The notes under the pieces were generated by a model. The model ran no database searches, was not told the DNA's origin, and saw only the letters and a program-made list of their open reading frames with translations. The translations under genes were made by a program, and so were the position numbers. A stretch of DNA of 64,000 nt from Felis catus (lineage: Eukaryota), in contig NC_058368.1 in assembly GCF_018350175.1 (NCBI RefSeq), positions 23,996,001 through 24,060,000 on the forward strand. The letters run 5' to 3'. This document shows, piece after piece, positions 1 to 11,928 of this stretch (positions within the stretch are counted from its first letter, which is position 1; each line of letters begins with the position of its first letter).

Positions 1-345
1 GGATGTGAATGCTGCCCTCATCTCTAGTCTTATCTTGTTCTACTCTCTCCTTACCCACTAACTCCATCCACATGCCCAAGCCCGCTTTTTATTTGACTGG
101 GTCAAGGCCTCCCTTGCCTTAGAGCCTTTGTGTGTACTATTCTCCACGTACTACACTCTGCTCTGAATCCTTACTTAGCTGAGACCTTCTTGTAATTCAA
201 TTCTCAGCAGCCCCGTCCCTTCTTCAGAGAGTCGTCCCCAGCAATTCATTCAAATACAGTCAACCTACCACGTCTTCTTCCCGCAAGCAAATGTCAAACC
301 CCCGACTTCATTTTCCTCTCTGGATTTACCACCATCTAGGATGAT
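1..345 (+). mobile_element. Ancient L2 LINE 3' remnant
   Basis: Pyrimidine-rich degraded sequence resembling the L2 3' region (e.g. cccttgccttagagcctttg...tcttcagagagtc); recalled similarity only. Confidence 0.45.
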
Positions 346-351
346 ACTGCT

Positions 352-478
352 TTTGTTGTGATGAGCACCAGGTGATGTATGGAAGTGTTGAATCACTGTA
401 TTGAACACCTAAAACTACGATTACACACTGTATTTTAATAACTGGAATTTAAATAAAAACTTAAATAAATAAAAATAA
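352..478 (+). mobile_element. Short 5'-truncated carnivore L1 3' end
   Basis: tgtgatgagcaccaggtgatgtatggaagtgttgaatcactg...actggaatttaaataaaaac matches the other L1 3' termini in this window (8660-8760, 38170-38270); A-rich tail; degraded TSD aggatgatactgct/aagatcacagtgct. Confidence 0.85.
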
Positions 479-849
479 GATCACAGTGCTAACTCACTTG
501 TTTCCCTTTTTCTGAGGTAGTCCAACTGCACTGTATTGCAGTTTGAAGAATGCCAAGCCCCAGTTCTCTCAGTGACACAGAATTACCCAGACAACGCCCA
601 CAGATAGGCTAACCCTTTGCAGAAACCTCAGTGGCTTCACATTGACAGGATGGTCCCCTCCATCCACTGTAATATGAAAATGTATTAAGTTTTAAAGAAA
701 TAATTATACTGTTACAGATATGCTTTTGAAAAGTTGTGTTATTATTTAGAAATAATATTTTTTAAATTTTATTAGATAAGAAACTATTTAGGACTATTAA
801 TCCAAATACACTTATAAGTCACTTTTTCCCCTAATCATGATTTATTTTC

Positions 850-1190
850 TGATGAAGAAAATAAAGTCTATTCATTGTAGAAAAATTAGAAAATGCAAAA
901 AGAATTTATAAAAATTAATGAAAATAAACAGCATCTTATTACAGAAAACATTTGGTAATATTTCCATTTAGTCTTTTATTCTATGCACAAAAAACATGTA
1001 TATTCATTATGAATGTGAAGCCCTATCGTGTATGCAATTTAGAACTATAAATTTTATTAATTTTCTTATCCTGTCATAACATGTTCTCTAAAATAATATG
1101 GTAACTTATTTAGCCAAACCTTTATTACTGAATATGTGGGTTACTGACAAATTTTGATTAATATATAAAAGTGTGATAAGTACTACCAAA
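850..1190 (-). mobile_element. Ancient L1ME-like remnant
   Basis: AT-rich stretch resembling old L1ME 3' regions in reverse orientation (ttcattgtagaaaaattagaaaatgc; ttatttagccaaacctttattactgaatatgtggg). Confidence 0.4.
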
Positions 1191-1639
1191 CACACGTATA
1201 TTCTAAATTACATCACATTTGACCAATGTTTCACCAAATGGACCTGTATATCCAAGAAACACACAACTGACACTTTTACTTAAGGTAAGTCTTGTTGGTT
1301 CTTTTTAAAACAAATAGCCAATACTGAAAAATCAAGTGGTGACTCCCAACCAAGTGACTTAGCAGAAAGATTCACTATTTCTCTTCGCCAGTGCATGTTA
1401 ATTAAATGAAATTAAACTGTCCTCTTCTAAACATATAACACATATGACCCGAGACATTTCAGAGAGAGAATAATTGTGTGATACACATTTATAACATTTC
1501 CACGCTTTTCTAATAGATTCAGAAGGAGAATTTGGAAGTCAGAACTGAGAAGTCTAGGTTAAACCAACCAAGTAAGGATCAGGGAAGATACAGTAAGATT
1601 TGAAGAATTTGTCATATACTGTGTCTTACTATAGTCACA

Positions 1640-1850
1640 AGAAGGGACATTGGAGCCCAACTCAGCTGGTTAGACTCCTAGGCAAATTACTTCTAGAGGT
1701 TTGATCTTGGGTAGTTTGCATACACTCTGAGATTTTTACTTATGAGAAATGGAGATTTAAAAAGTATGTGAAATAATTACTAAGGATTAAATATGACAAA
1801 CTCTTAGTATACTTAGCACATACTAGATGCTTACCCAATGTCAGCTCTGT
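1640..1850. mobile_element. MIR SINE remnant
   Basis: MIR core-like tgatcttgggtagttt...ctctgaga...gaaatggag...aggattaaatatga...cttagcaca. Confidence 0.55.
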
Positions 1851-2326
1851 TCTCCTGTAAGGATCCAAAACAAGACAATGAATCACACACTAATAACCAA
1901 GTAATCACAACCAAAGTCCCAAAGCTATAATCAAATGGATACAAATGTCAGAGCTCAGAGCAAGGTCAAAGTTTAGAAAGTAAACACTCAAGGACTAGAA
2001 GGAGGCAAAAGGTGAAGGAGTGGGGGAGGGGGCAGATAAGAAATGTAAGGCAAAACAGACACAAAACTGGAAAAGATGAATGTCCAAGCAAGGTTAGGGC
2101 CAAGCAGGCAGAGTTGAACATGGAAAGGCTCCTGGGTGACTGAGACAACTCTTGGCAGAGTGTAATACATATTTTTGAGGGCAACTGTTATTTCAGAACA
2201 GGGCTAACATAGGTTTAGAGGTTAAGTCAAAGCACCTGCTGGAGCTGAGCATGACCCATCAAGTCTGAGGCATTTTAGACATCTTGTTCATTGGTGTCCC
2301 TACAACAGTGCTGGTGAAGAACAGCT

Positions 2327-2848
2327 GTGTATCTGTTAGGATGCAATCAGGTGCAAGTAACTGAAAATCTGAAGATGATTTAAGCAAATGTGTGTCTTTT
2401 TGCTTAACAAGAAGTCCAGAAGTAGATGAGATTGGTTTGGAAACTCACTGGTATCACGGACCCAGGAGCTTTCCACCCTTTCAGAAACCATCCTGCATGG
2501 TAACAAAATGGCTCTTCAATGCTTCATGTATCACGTACCAGCATCAATGATGGGAACCAAGCAGGGTGGTAGGGAAAAAAAAGGCTTTCTCATTGGGTTT
2601 CTCTCTCCTATGCGAACACTCTAAAAAGCCCCCAAAGATCTCCAAATATGTTGCGATGGATTGAATTGGGCTCCTATATCCACTCCTACGGTGATCACTA
2701 GCCCAAAAGACCAGGATTGCTGTTCTCCTCTCAGACGATTCATGGTTTCTTTCCTGAACTAGATACATTGAAGAGAAAACAAAATGGAGTTCTCAACATG
2801 AAAGAACTTAATTCAGGCTGTTGGGGAACCCACCAGAAGTGTGCCACA
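2327..2848 (-). mobile_element. Old MaLR LTR (MLT1J/K-like)
   Basis: gttaggatgcaatcaggtgcaagtaac...aacaagaagtccagaagtag...aaaatggct...gtgtgccaca pattern typical of old MLT1 LTRs. Confidence 0.6.
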
Positions 2849-2879
2849 GGTTAAAGATAAAACAAGGGCAACAGATTTA

Positions 2880-3070
2880 GATCAAAGGAACTAAGCATTG
2901 GCCCTACCTTTTTCTAATTCCACTGCTTGGGAATTCTGATTATCTCTAAGACAAAGTTCATTATTCTGTATATTGGAGACACTGCTATACTCAAAGAGTT
3001 ATCATTACATTATGAGGATTAAATTAGATAACATGTGAAAATGCTTTGCAACCTGGAACATGCATGAAAG
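2880..3070. mobile_element. MIR SINE remnant
   Basis: tgaggattaaattagataacatgtgaaaatgctttg core motif. Confidence 0.55.
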
Positions 3071-4089
3071 GGTCCAGATAGGATTTCAGTTGAATTACAG
3101 CAGGGCATTTTTTTTTTTCAGATTTTGCCATCTCTAAGATAAGGAAGGTTTATTCAAGAGGCAAGCAACTACAAGGTACCATTATTATTACAGCTTTTAG
3201 AGAGTTGCCAGAAAAAAGATTGTAATTGGTAGTATCTAACTGAAAAAAATTGGGTGACTCAGAGCTTTTATTAAAAACATACTGAGCCTATCCTGAAGGT
3301 GTAACACTGAAAATTATTTACAGTGTATCTGATACAGTGGAAGCTGCCTTATTCTGTGAAAGAGAAGTCTTGACTGAATCCCAGCAGGAAGATAACTTGT
3401 CGAAATCTCAGGAGGAGCAATTTTCAATTTATTAGAACTGAATATTACATGCTTGAGTTACCCCTAGAACAAAACTCCATGCATGAATAAACAGGTAAAT
3501 GCAAGGGAGACAAACCAGATGTTTTCATAACCTGTTCTCTCACAGGAATCAGCTAACAGCAATGAGTTGGTGACTGTTACCTCTTTTTCCTGATAAATCA
3601 ACCCAGCATTTGGCAGTGACAAGAGAGAAAACATTCAACAGTCAGAGAGTGATGTAACCATCTTATCAGACACAGAGTTTGCAAAATCATCTGTCCTTAT
3701 GCCAAGACTTTATTGATTTCTAGGTCACAGTATCATGGCGGCCTGGAAATTGCTTTGTGAATTATTTGTAGGTTGTATCAGGAATCAAAAGCTCCCAAAT
3801 CAGGATGGTTGGGCAAGTAATAAGGGTCATTGGGCTGCTGGGGCCTCCCTTTCTCTGTGTGCAGAAAGACAACCATAATTGGGGTATCATGGTGATTCCA
3901 ATATTCTGTCTTTGCATGGGGCTATGGGAAGATGAGGAAAAGATACAGAGGAATGGACCGGACTGTGCTTTGGTGAATCACCTTTGGACCGCAAGTTTTC
4001 CCCATTTCTCCTATCCCTGTGTATTTGTGTGTGATTTCCCAGTTCAGTGTCACAGTGTGTGAATAACTTGATGTCATCACCTTTCTTAC

Positions 4090-4165
4090 CTGGCCAGTAT
4101 ATCTCATCCACAGTTACTGTTTCACTTTTTTGCACAGACTTTTATAATAGCTTCCCCTGGAGACA
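4090..4165 (-). other. Candidate 76-nt exon (non-coding or 5'UTR-like)
   Basis: Minus strand: acceptor ctcttggttttctttattatag and donor CAG|GTAAGA; stops in all three frames, with a late ATG giving MRYTGQ in phase 0. Confidence 0.3.
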
Positions 4166-4958
4166 CTATAATAAAGAAAACCAAGAGGTAATTGTTGCTG
4201 CCCAACTAGCTATTATTTATGTCACGTTCAAGCTAGATATGGGTAAGAGGAGGGGAAAACAAATGACTATGTTGCAAAGGTGTATAGGAGAATAAGAGTG
4301 AAGCAGACATTCAGCCAACTTTCAGAAATTAAGCAGGGAATAAGTTTTCAAATGTGATGTCCTAGTACGGTGTCCGACCTATGACCAGATTTTTATTTTA
4401 AAATCAAGCAAAAATAGATGTATATGTTTGGGATGGTAGGGGGCATAGAAATACAATTAGAAGTTTAGAGAAGGCTCTGCTGAGGAGAGAGAGTGCCTAA
4501 GTCTTAAAGGATGGATAAGATAGTAAAAGTGAAACAAGAGTTTCAGGTGGAAGGATTGGCAAGAGGAAAGGTGTGGAGTGAAGGAAACAGTTTATGAAGG
4601 AAGAGAAGTAGTAAGGCAAGACATCTGCATGCTCAGAATCACCGAATAAGTATAATCATGATAAAATGTATATTTTATAATATGTAGTTTATATTCATTA
4701 CTTTATCTATTCTTGTGACAAGCAGTGAAAGATGGATTAATTCAATAAGGAAGGGCCAGGCCCAACACAATGTTCTGGCTCCATCACCTGGGCCCCTCCA
4801 CCGTCCCTTACTTTTGCTTCTTAATGGAATACTAAACCACTCAAGAGATAAGGAAACTTGGGGTAGCATACAATTCAGTACCTTCCAAATCTTGAGCATT
4901 ACAAGTAAAATTTTTCTCTATAGCACCGCTCCCAACTTATATAAACATAAGTGTCTCA

Positions 4959-5173
4959 ACTTAGTACATATCATGTGCTTTCATATTTTCTATTATATTC
5001 TGTTTCAATCCATTTAAATAATATGGATTTAAATCCATTTAAATATAGATATTCATTTAAACAACTGATTTAAATCCATTAAATATGGATATCCATTTAA
5101 ATAATATGTACTACTTTAGCACTTAATACATATGATGTGCTTTGATATTTTCTATTATATTTTGGTTCGATCC
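4959..5173. repeat. 53-bp diverged direct repeat flanking a palindromic AT-rich filler
   Basis: acttagtacatatcatgtgctttcatattttctattatattctgtttcaatcc (4959-5011) vs acttaatacatatgatgtgctttgatattttctattatattttggttcgatcc (5121-5173). Confidence 0.85.
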
Positions 5174-6771
5174 TTCTAGATAAAAAATACTACTCACTGA
5201 CCATAGAGGAAAAGTTCTCAGTTCTTCCCCTTTGAGGGTGATGTTAACTCTGGGTTTTTCATATACAGCCTTATTGTGTTGAGATCTGTTCCCTCTAAAC
5301 CCCCTTTTAACCATGAATGAATGTTGTACTTTCCAAATGCTTTTTCTCCATTTACTGAAATGATCATATGGTTCTTATCCTTTTTCTATTGATGTGAGGT
5401 ATCATGTTGATTGATTTGCAAGTATTGAACCACCTTTGCACCCCAAGAATGAATCCCACTTGGTTGTGGTACACTTTTTTAAATTTATTGAATTCAGTTT
5501 GCAATCGTAAATACATATACATATACATATATACATATACATATATATATATATATATGTATCAGGGATATTGGTCTGTAGTTCTGCTTTGTAGCAGAGT
5601 CTTTCTATCGTTTTGGTATCAGGGTAATGCTGGCTTCATATAATGAATTTGGAAATTTTCCCTTTTTTTCTATTTTACGGAATAGTTTAAGAATAGGTTT
5701 TAACTCTAAATGTTTGGTGGAATTTGCCTTGGGAGCCAAGTCCTGGACTTTTGATGGTTGTGAGTTTTTTGATTACTGATTCAATTTCTTCGCTAGTTAT
5801 TGGTCTGTTCAATTTTTTTCTATTTATTCCTTTTTCAGGCTTGGTACTTTTTATGTTTCTAGGAATTTATCCATTTCTTCCAGGCTGTCCAATTTATTGG
5901 TGTACCATTTTTCATAATATTCTAATTGTGTTTCTGTGGTGTTGGTTGTTATTTCTCCTCTCTCATTTGTGATTTATTTGGATCCTTTTTCTTTTCTTTT
6001 TTATAAGTGTGGCTAGAGATTTATCAATTTTATTAATTTTTTTCAGAGAACTAATTCCTTGTTTCATTGATCTGTTGTTGTGTTGTTTTGTTTTTTGGGT
6101 TTTTTTTGTTTCCGTATCATTTATTTATGCCCTAATATTTATTTTTTCCTTCCCTCTGCTTGTTTTAGGTTTCATTTTTTGTTCTTTTATCTAGCACCTT
6201 TAGATGTAAGGTTAAGTTGTTTGAGATTTTCTTGCTTGAGGTAGGCCTGTATTGCCATATACGTCCCTCTTTGGACTGCCTTTATTGCATCCCAACTGTT
6301 TTGGACTGTTATATTTTCATTTTCATTTGTTTCCATGGATTTATATTTTATTTTTTAATTTTATTTTATTTATGAATTTTTTTTACTTTTCAATTTTATT
6401 TTATTTATGAATTCCTGGTTGACCCATTCCTTGTCTAGTAACATATTGTTTACCTCCATGTATTTGTGGTCTTTCAAATTTTTTCTTGTTGTTGACTTCT
6501 AGTTTCATAATGTTGTGGTTAGAAAATGTGTGTGGTATGATTTCAATCTTTATGTATTTGTCAAGGCCTCATTTGTGACATATTATGTGATCTATTCTGG
6601 AGAATGTCCCATGTGGCCTTGAAAAGAATGTGTATACAGGGACATCCACTCTCACCTATGTTATTTAACATAGTACTAGAAACCGTAGCCACAGCAATCA
6701 GACAGTAATGACAACAACAAAAAAAGGCATCCAAATCAGCAAGAAAGAAGTAAAACTTTCCCCATTTGCAG

Positions 6772-6774
<3 letters not shown>

Positions 6775-6820
<46 letters not shown>
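6775..6820. repeat. (TA)n microsatellite within L1
   Basis: Pure TA run. Confidence 0.95.
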
Positions 6821-6826
<6 letters not shown>

Positions 6827-8326
6827 CTGAGGATTCTTACAAAAAACTGACTGCTAGAACTGATAAATCCCAGTTGCAGGATACAAAAATCAACATACAG
6901 AAATCTGTTTCTATACACCAATAATGAAGCAGCAGAAATAGAAGTTAAAGAATCACTCCCATTTGCAATTGCACCAAAAACAGTAAGATACCCAGGAATA
7001 AACCTAATCAAAAAAGTGGAAGACCTGTACTCAAAAAACTAAAACACTGATTAAAGGAATGAAAGAGGGCACAAAGAAATGGAAAGACACTCCATGCTCA
7101 TGGATTGGAAGAAAAAATATTTTAAAATTTCTATGCTACCCAAAGCAATCTACACATTTAATGCAATCCCTATCAAAATACCACCAGCCTTTTTCACAGA
7201 TCTAGAACAAATGATGCTAAAATTTATATTGAGTGACAAAAGACTCTGAAGAGCCAAAGCAACATTGAAAAACAATAGCAAAGCTGGAGGCATCACAATT
7301 CGGTACTTGAAGTTATATTACAAAGCTATAGTAATCAAAACAGTATGGCACTGGCACAAAAATAGACAAACTGATCAACAGAACAGGAAAGAAAACCCAG
7401 GTATGAACCCACAATGATAAGGTCAATTAATCTTTGACAAAGCAGGAAAGAATACCCAACAGGAAAAATCATTCCCCTAAACAAAGAGTGCTGGGAAAAC
7501 TGGACTGCAACATGCAAAAAAAAAATGAAACTGGACCACTTTCTTACACCTTACACAAAAATAAATTCAAAGTGGATTGAAGAGCCAAAACATGAGACCC
7601 TAAATCACAAAAATCCTAGAGAACACAGTGTTCTTTGACATCTCCCTTAGAAACTTCTTTCTAGGTAGGTCTCCTGAGGCAAAGCTAACAAAAACAAAAA
7701 TAAACTATTTTAAACTTCTGCACAGTGAAGGAAATAAACAAGAGAACTAAAAGACAACCTATGGAATGGGAGACGATATTTACAAACGACATAGCTGATA
7801 AATCCAAAATCTATAAAGAACTTATACAACTCAACAACCAAAAAACAAATAATGCAATTTTTAAAAACGGGTAGAGAACATGAATAGACGTTTTTCCAAG
7901 GAAGACCTATAGATGTCCAACAGACACATCAAAAACATGCTCAGCGTCACAGATCATCAGGGAAATGCAAATCAAAAGTACAATAAGGTATCACCTCACA
8001 TTTATCAGAAGGGCTAAAATCAGTAACACAAGTGACAACAGGTGTTGGCAAGAATGTGGACAAAAGAGAACCATCTTGCGCTGTTGGTGGGAATGGCAAT
8101 TAGTGCAGCCACTGTGGAAAACTGTATGGAGTTTCATCAAAAAGTTTAAAATAGGACTACCCTATGACCCAGCAATTGCACTACTAGATATTTATCCAAA
8201 GGATAGAAAAATACTATTTCAAAGGGATACATGCACCCCGGTGTTTTTAGCAGCCTTATCTACAATAGCCAAAATACGGAAAGAGCCCAAATGTCCATTG
8301 ACTGATGAATGGATAAAGAAGAAGTG

Positions 8327-8333
8327 GCGCGCG

Positions 8334-8385
<52 letters not shown>
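8327..8385. repeat. (GC)n(AC)n compound microsatellite within L1 3' end
   Basis: gcgcgcgcgcgcgcgcacacac... seen directly. Confidence 0.95.
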
Positions 8386-8387
<2 letters not shown>

Positions 8388-8894
8388 AATAAAACTCAGC
8401 CATAAAAAAGAATGAAATCTTGCCATTTGCAATGACATGGGTGGAGTTGGAGAGTACTATGTTAGGTGAAATAAGTCAGAGAATGAAAAAGACCATATGA
8501 TTTCACTCATCTATGCAATTTAAGAAACAACACAAATGAACAAAGGGAAAAAAAGAGAGGTAAAGAACAGACTCTTAACTATAGCCAATAAACTGGTGGT
8601 TTCACAGGGGAGATGGGTGGGGGATGGGTTAAATAGGTGATGGTGACTGAGAAGCAAAGTTGTGATGAGCACTAGGTATTGCACTGAAGTGTTGAACCAC
8701 TATAGTGTAAACCTGAAACCAGTATTACACTGCATTTTAACTAACCGGAATTTAAGTAGAAAATAAAAATGTTGTCACAACCACTAAATTAATTTAACTA
8801 GTATTAAATTTAAGAAATCAGTGATGCCTTCACCACTTGTTTAGAGAGAATGAAACCAAGCTCATAAGAAAGGAAGGGGCTTGCTGAAGGTTAC

Positions 8895-9090
8895 CTTGAG
8901 GCAGTAAGGTACCCGGCTGTTGGAGAGATCACCAGAAGCGTGCCACAGGTTAGAAGGTGAGGTAGTCTTCTTTCCTAGCGTAGAGCCGGCATTGACTGAT
9001 TTCTCCTGCAGACCAGGCTTTTTTCCAGGTCCTAGTCCTGACTGATCCAACACCAAGAACCCTTTGAAGGAAGTTCTTTCATTAATTCAG
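8895..9090 (-). other. Candidate 196-nt exon
   Basis: Minus strand: acceptor tactttagttctgcacttgacag and donor AAG|GTAACC; one frame open for about 64 codons up to the donor. Confidence 0.2.
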
Positions 9091-9481
9091 CTGTCAAGTG
9101 CAGAACTAAAGTACAGCAAGAGTAAGTAGCTGGCACGTCCACGGTTACGCTAGTGGAGGAACTACTAAACACTGGGAGAAGAAAAATTGGGGTCAGGGAA
9201 CTTGGAATGTTGGTGAGTAGCTCTTTTACTTGTGGATGTAAATTAGTAGGCTCTTCCCAATTCCCCATTTCATTCTCCTCAGAACCCTCATTTATCAAAG
9301 CTCCACACACGACCTGACAGAGACAATGTACTCAAGTACAAGAACTCTTGTGTTGGTTTGAGGAATCCTAAAGTGTTATCAGGAATGCCAAATTTAGAAA
9401 TTATATCAGAATAACTCTAGAACTGTTAGTATTGCTCTGATCTACTTGGGCCTCAGAGTTAACGCTTTCTTGTTTTTGCAG

Positions 9482-9514
9482 AACCAGAACGATCTCTTAA
9501 TTATGCGGAAAATT
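9482..9514 (+). other. Candidate 33-nt frame-preserving microexon
   Basis: Branchpoint-like gttaac, polypyrimidine gctttcttgtttttgcag, 33-nt body, donor ATT|GTAAGT; open in two phases. Confidence 0.35.
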
Positions 9515-11269
9515 GTAAGTGCTATAATAATGGAAAGGGTCATTGGCTTCTATTAACCTATGAAGAGCAGACAAGTTTTGTAAATAGTACATCTATCAAA
9601 TTGCCAGATAACCAAAAGGGGCATTTTAAGGCCTATTGTATCATGTGGTGCATATTTTCATGTTGAAATACTATTTAATTATCGCTAATTATATGCCCTT
9701 CTTGACGGCAATTCGCCAATAAGTTATGTTTACACCAATGTGGAAAATTTAAGGTTATACCAAGGTCTGGTCATTTATGATCAAACTTGTGCCCTGAGTG
9801 ACAATGTCAACGTTCAGAAAATTATTTTTAAAAGAACTGGATTTTGCCATGGGAATCTTCTTCAAGTAAAACTTGGAAGATTCAGGAGTGCAATTCAATA
9901 TATGGTTTAATGAAGTCTAACAGAGAATCAATCTTAGAAAAAAGGCTTGGCTTTCCTCCAAAGCAAGAGACAACATTAAGAGATGGCAGAAAACACAAAG
10001 AAATGTTTTGAGAGTGTGATATGAATTAAGCACAATCTTGCTTGAAGTTCCCCCACCCCTTCAGTCACTTAGATAATCTAGACAAGGATTGATTACTTTT
10101 GTTACTTCCCAAGCATGATCAACGTCCATAAAACTAAAGTCCTTAAGTGCTGTCACTTAAGTAGTAAGCTGCCTGCTGCACCTTCATCCCCTGCAACCCT
10201 CAATACGAAAAATCACTTCACTATTCTTTGGACACAAGTCAGGGAATTCTTGCTGACAACATTTTTTCAAAGGGATCAAAAGAAGTATTTTCATCTGGGT
10301 TGTGGTCCAAGCTCACTGTTAATGAACTATGTGCCCTTCAATACTTCACTTCCTCTCTCAGAGCTCAAGTTTCCTCTCCTGGATAAAGTCAGAAGATCAG
10401 AGGAGATAATCTGCAACTCCTTCGAGCTGTGATTTTAGAGCTTTTACTATGCATGCACTCTTTTGACCACTTCTTCCAAAAGCAGTGGCTTCCTCAGGTC
10501 ACTTGATAAGAAGTTACTTTTCCTTGCAGGTCTAAGAGCTTCTTTCTCTTTCCCAGGGGAAATGCTACTTCTCTGATTGCCAAAGACTACATACAGCAGT
10601 TGAGTCATCTGTCTTGGTTTCTCTGAGCAAGATTTGTTTTAATGAAATACTTTCAACTGTTACTCTGCCAAAAGCTTTGAGGCAGACTCCTGGGTTCTCA
10701 AGGATATACATTCAGGGATCTTCAAGATCTCTGGTACACATCATGCACCTCTACTTCTGGTTTCTCTATCAAATTTACATGTTTCAACCCAATTTGCCTC
10801 TCATACTTTTCCTATTTCCTTTAAAACTCACTCTGGCTTATACTTTTCCCTCAGCCATTAGTTGTACTTATTCTTCCATTTTCTTTTCAAGAGTTGCCTA
10901 TCTAACCTGACTGATGGACAGCTCAGCTCATCTGGGTTAGAACCATGCCTCCTACATCATAGACCTCCACCAAGCCCAGTGCAGTGCCCTCCACTGAGGA
11001 CAGCATCAAATGTATCTGGCTAACCTTCTGTCACAGCGAAGTTTTTACATCAACAAGAATTTTGAAATTAATAAAACCTATGAATACATATATAAACAGT
11101 TTATAATTGGTCAAAATTTAAAGGGGAAAATAAATGAAAGCTCAGGTGGCAAGAAGAATGATGTTCTCAAATGCTACTAATCCCTTGTTTTACCAATTAT
11201 GGAACTCAGGATTATAATGAAAAGACCAAAATAAAATCTGATACCTTGGCAGGTACTTATAACCTTATA

Positions 11270-11490
11270 ATGGATACAAACACATAAATATACATATGTA
11301 TATATTGTCCCTATGTGTATATATAGATTGTATACATATACTCGTGTATCGGTATGTATAATATATATAATTTTACATAATGTACATTTAATATATATTA
11401 TATATGTTTATATTATATATATAAATATTTACACAATATATATCTCTATACACAAACTGTATATGTGTCACACACCCATGTATCTGTGTT
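11270..11490. repeat. AT-rich (TA)n-like low-complexity tract
   Basis: Degenerate tata/taca repeats. Confidence 0.8.
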
Positions 11491-11928
11491 TCTTATAGAA
11501 AATAAAACAATTTCACCCTTGATTTCCTTCTGTGAATTTTCCAAATGTCTTTAAGAGGGAAATTCCAATTTACAGGCATGATATTATAATGGCAGAATGA
11601 TTTATTACACTATTGAATTCTGATTTTCCTGCCTCTAATTTTCCCTCCCTGCTCATTTCATTGTCTTGTATCAGGAATTGTGATTCACCCAAGGGAAGAA
11701 GACAGGGTACACCTTTGACAAGCAACAAGGCTGGGAGGAGACGTTCTTTGGGTCTGGAAAAGACATAGAGCTCTGTTGGTACCTAAGAAACAAGAAGAGT
11801 TTTCCACTTTCTATAAACTCTCTGGAGAACGGACAGAAGTGAAAAGTAATGATTCTGTGCTCCACCTCTAGGTCCCAGCCTTGCCAGAGATTCTCGAACA
11901 CAGGGCAAGGCACAAAAACAAGAGTTGG

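Larger units (their letters stand above)
5197..8765 (+). mobile_element. 5'-truncated carnivore L1 with 5' inversion (twin priming)
   Basis: 5197-6635 is ORF2 in reverse orientation; 6636-8765 is ORF2 RT to 3'UTR in forward orientation; ORF 7965-8405 is the ORF2 C-terminus (RYHLT...CW...GLPYDPAIALLDIYP). Confidence 0.92.

Noticed and set aside
4959..5173. CRISPR-like repeat-spacer array (also 28987-29182, 59857-59935)
   Set aside because: Only two repeat copies, self-derived low-complexity filler, mammalian context and no cas genes.
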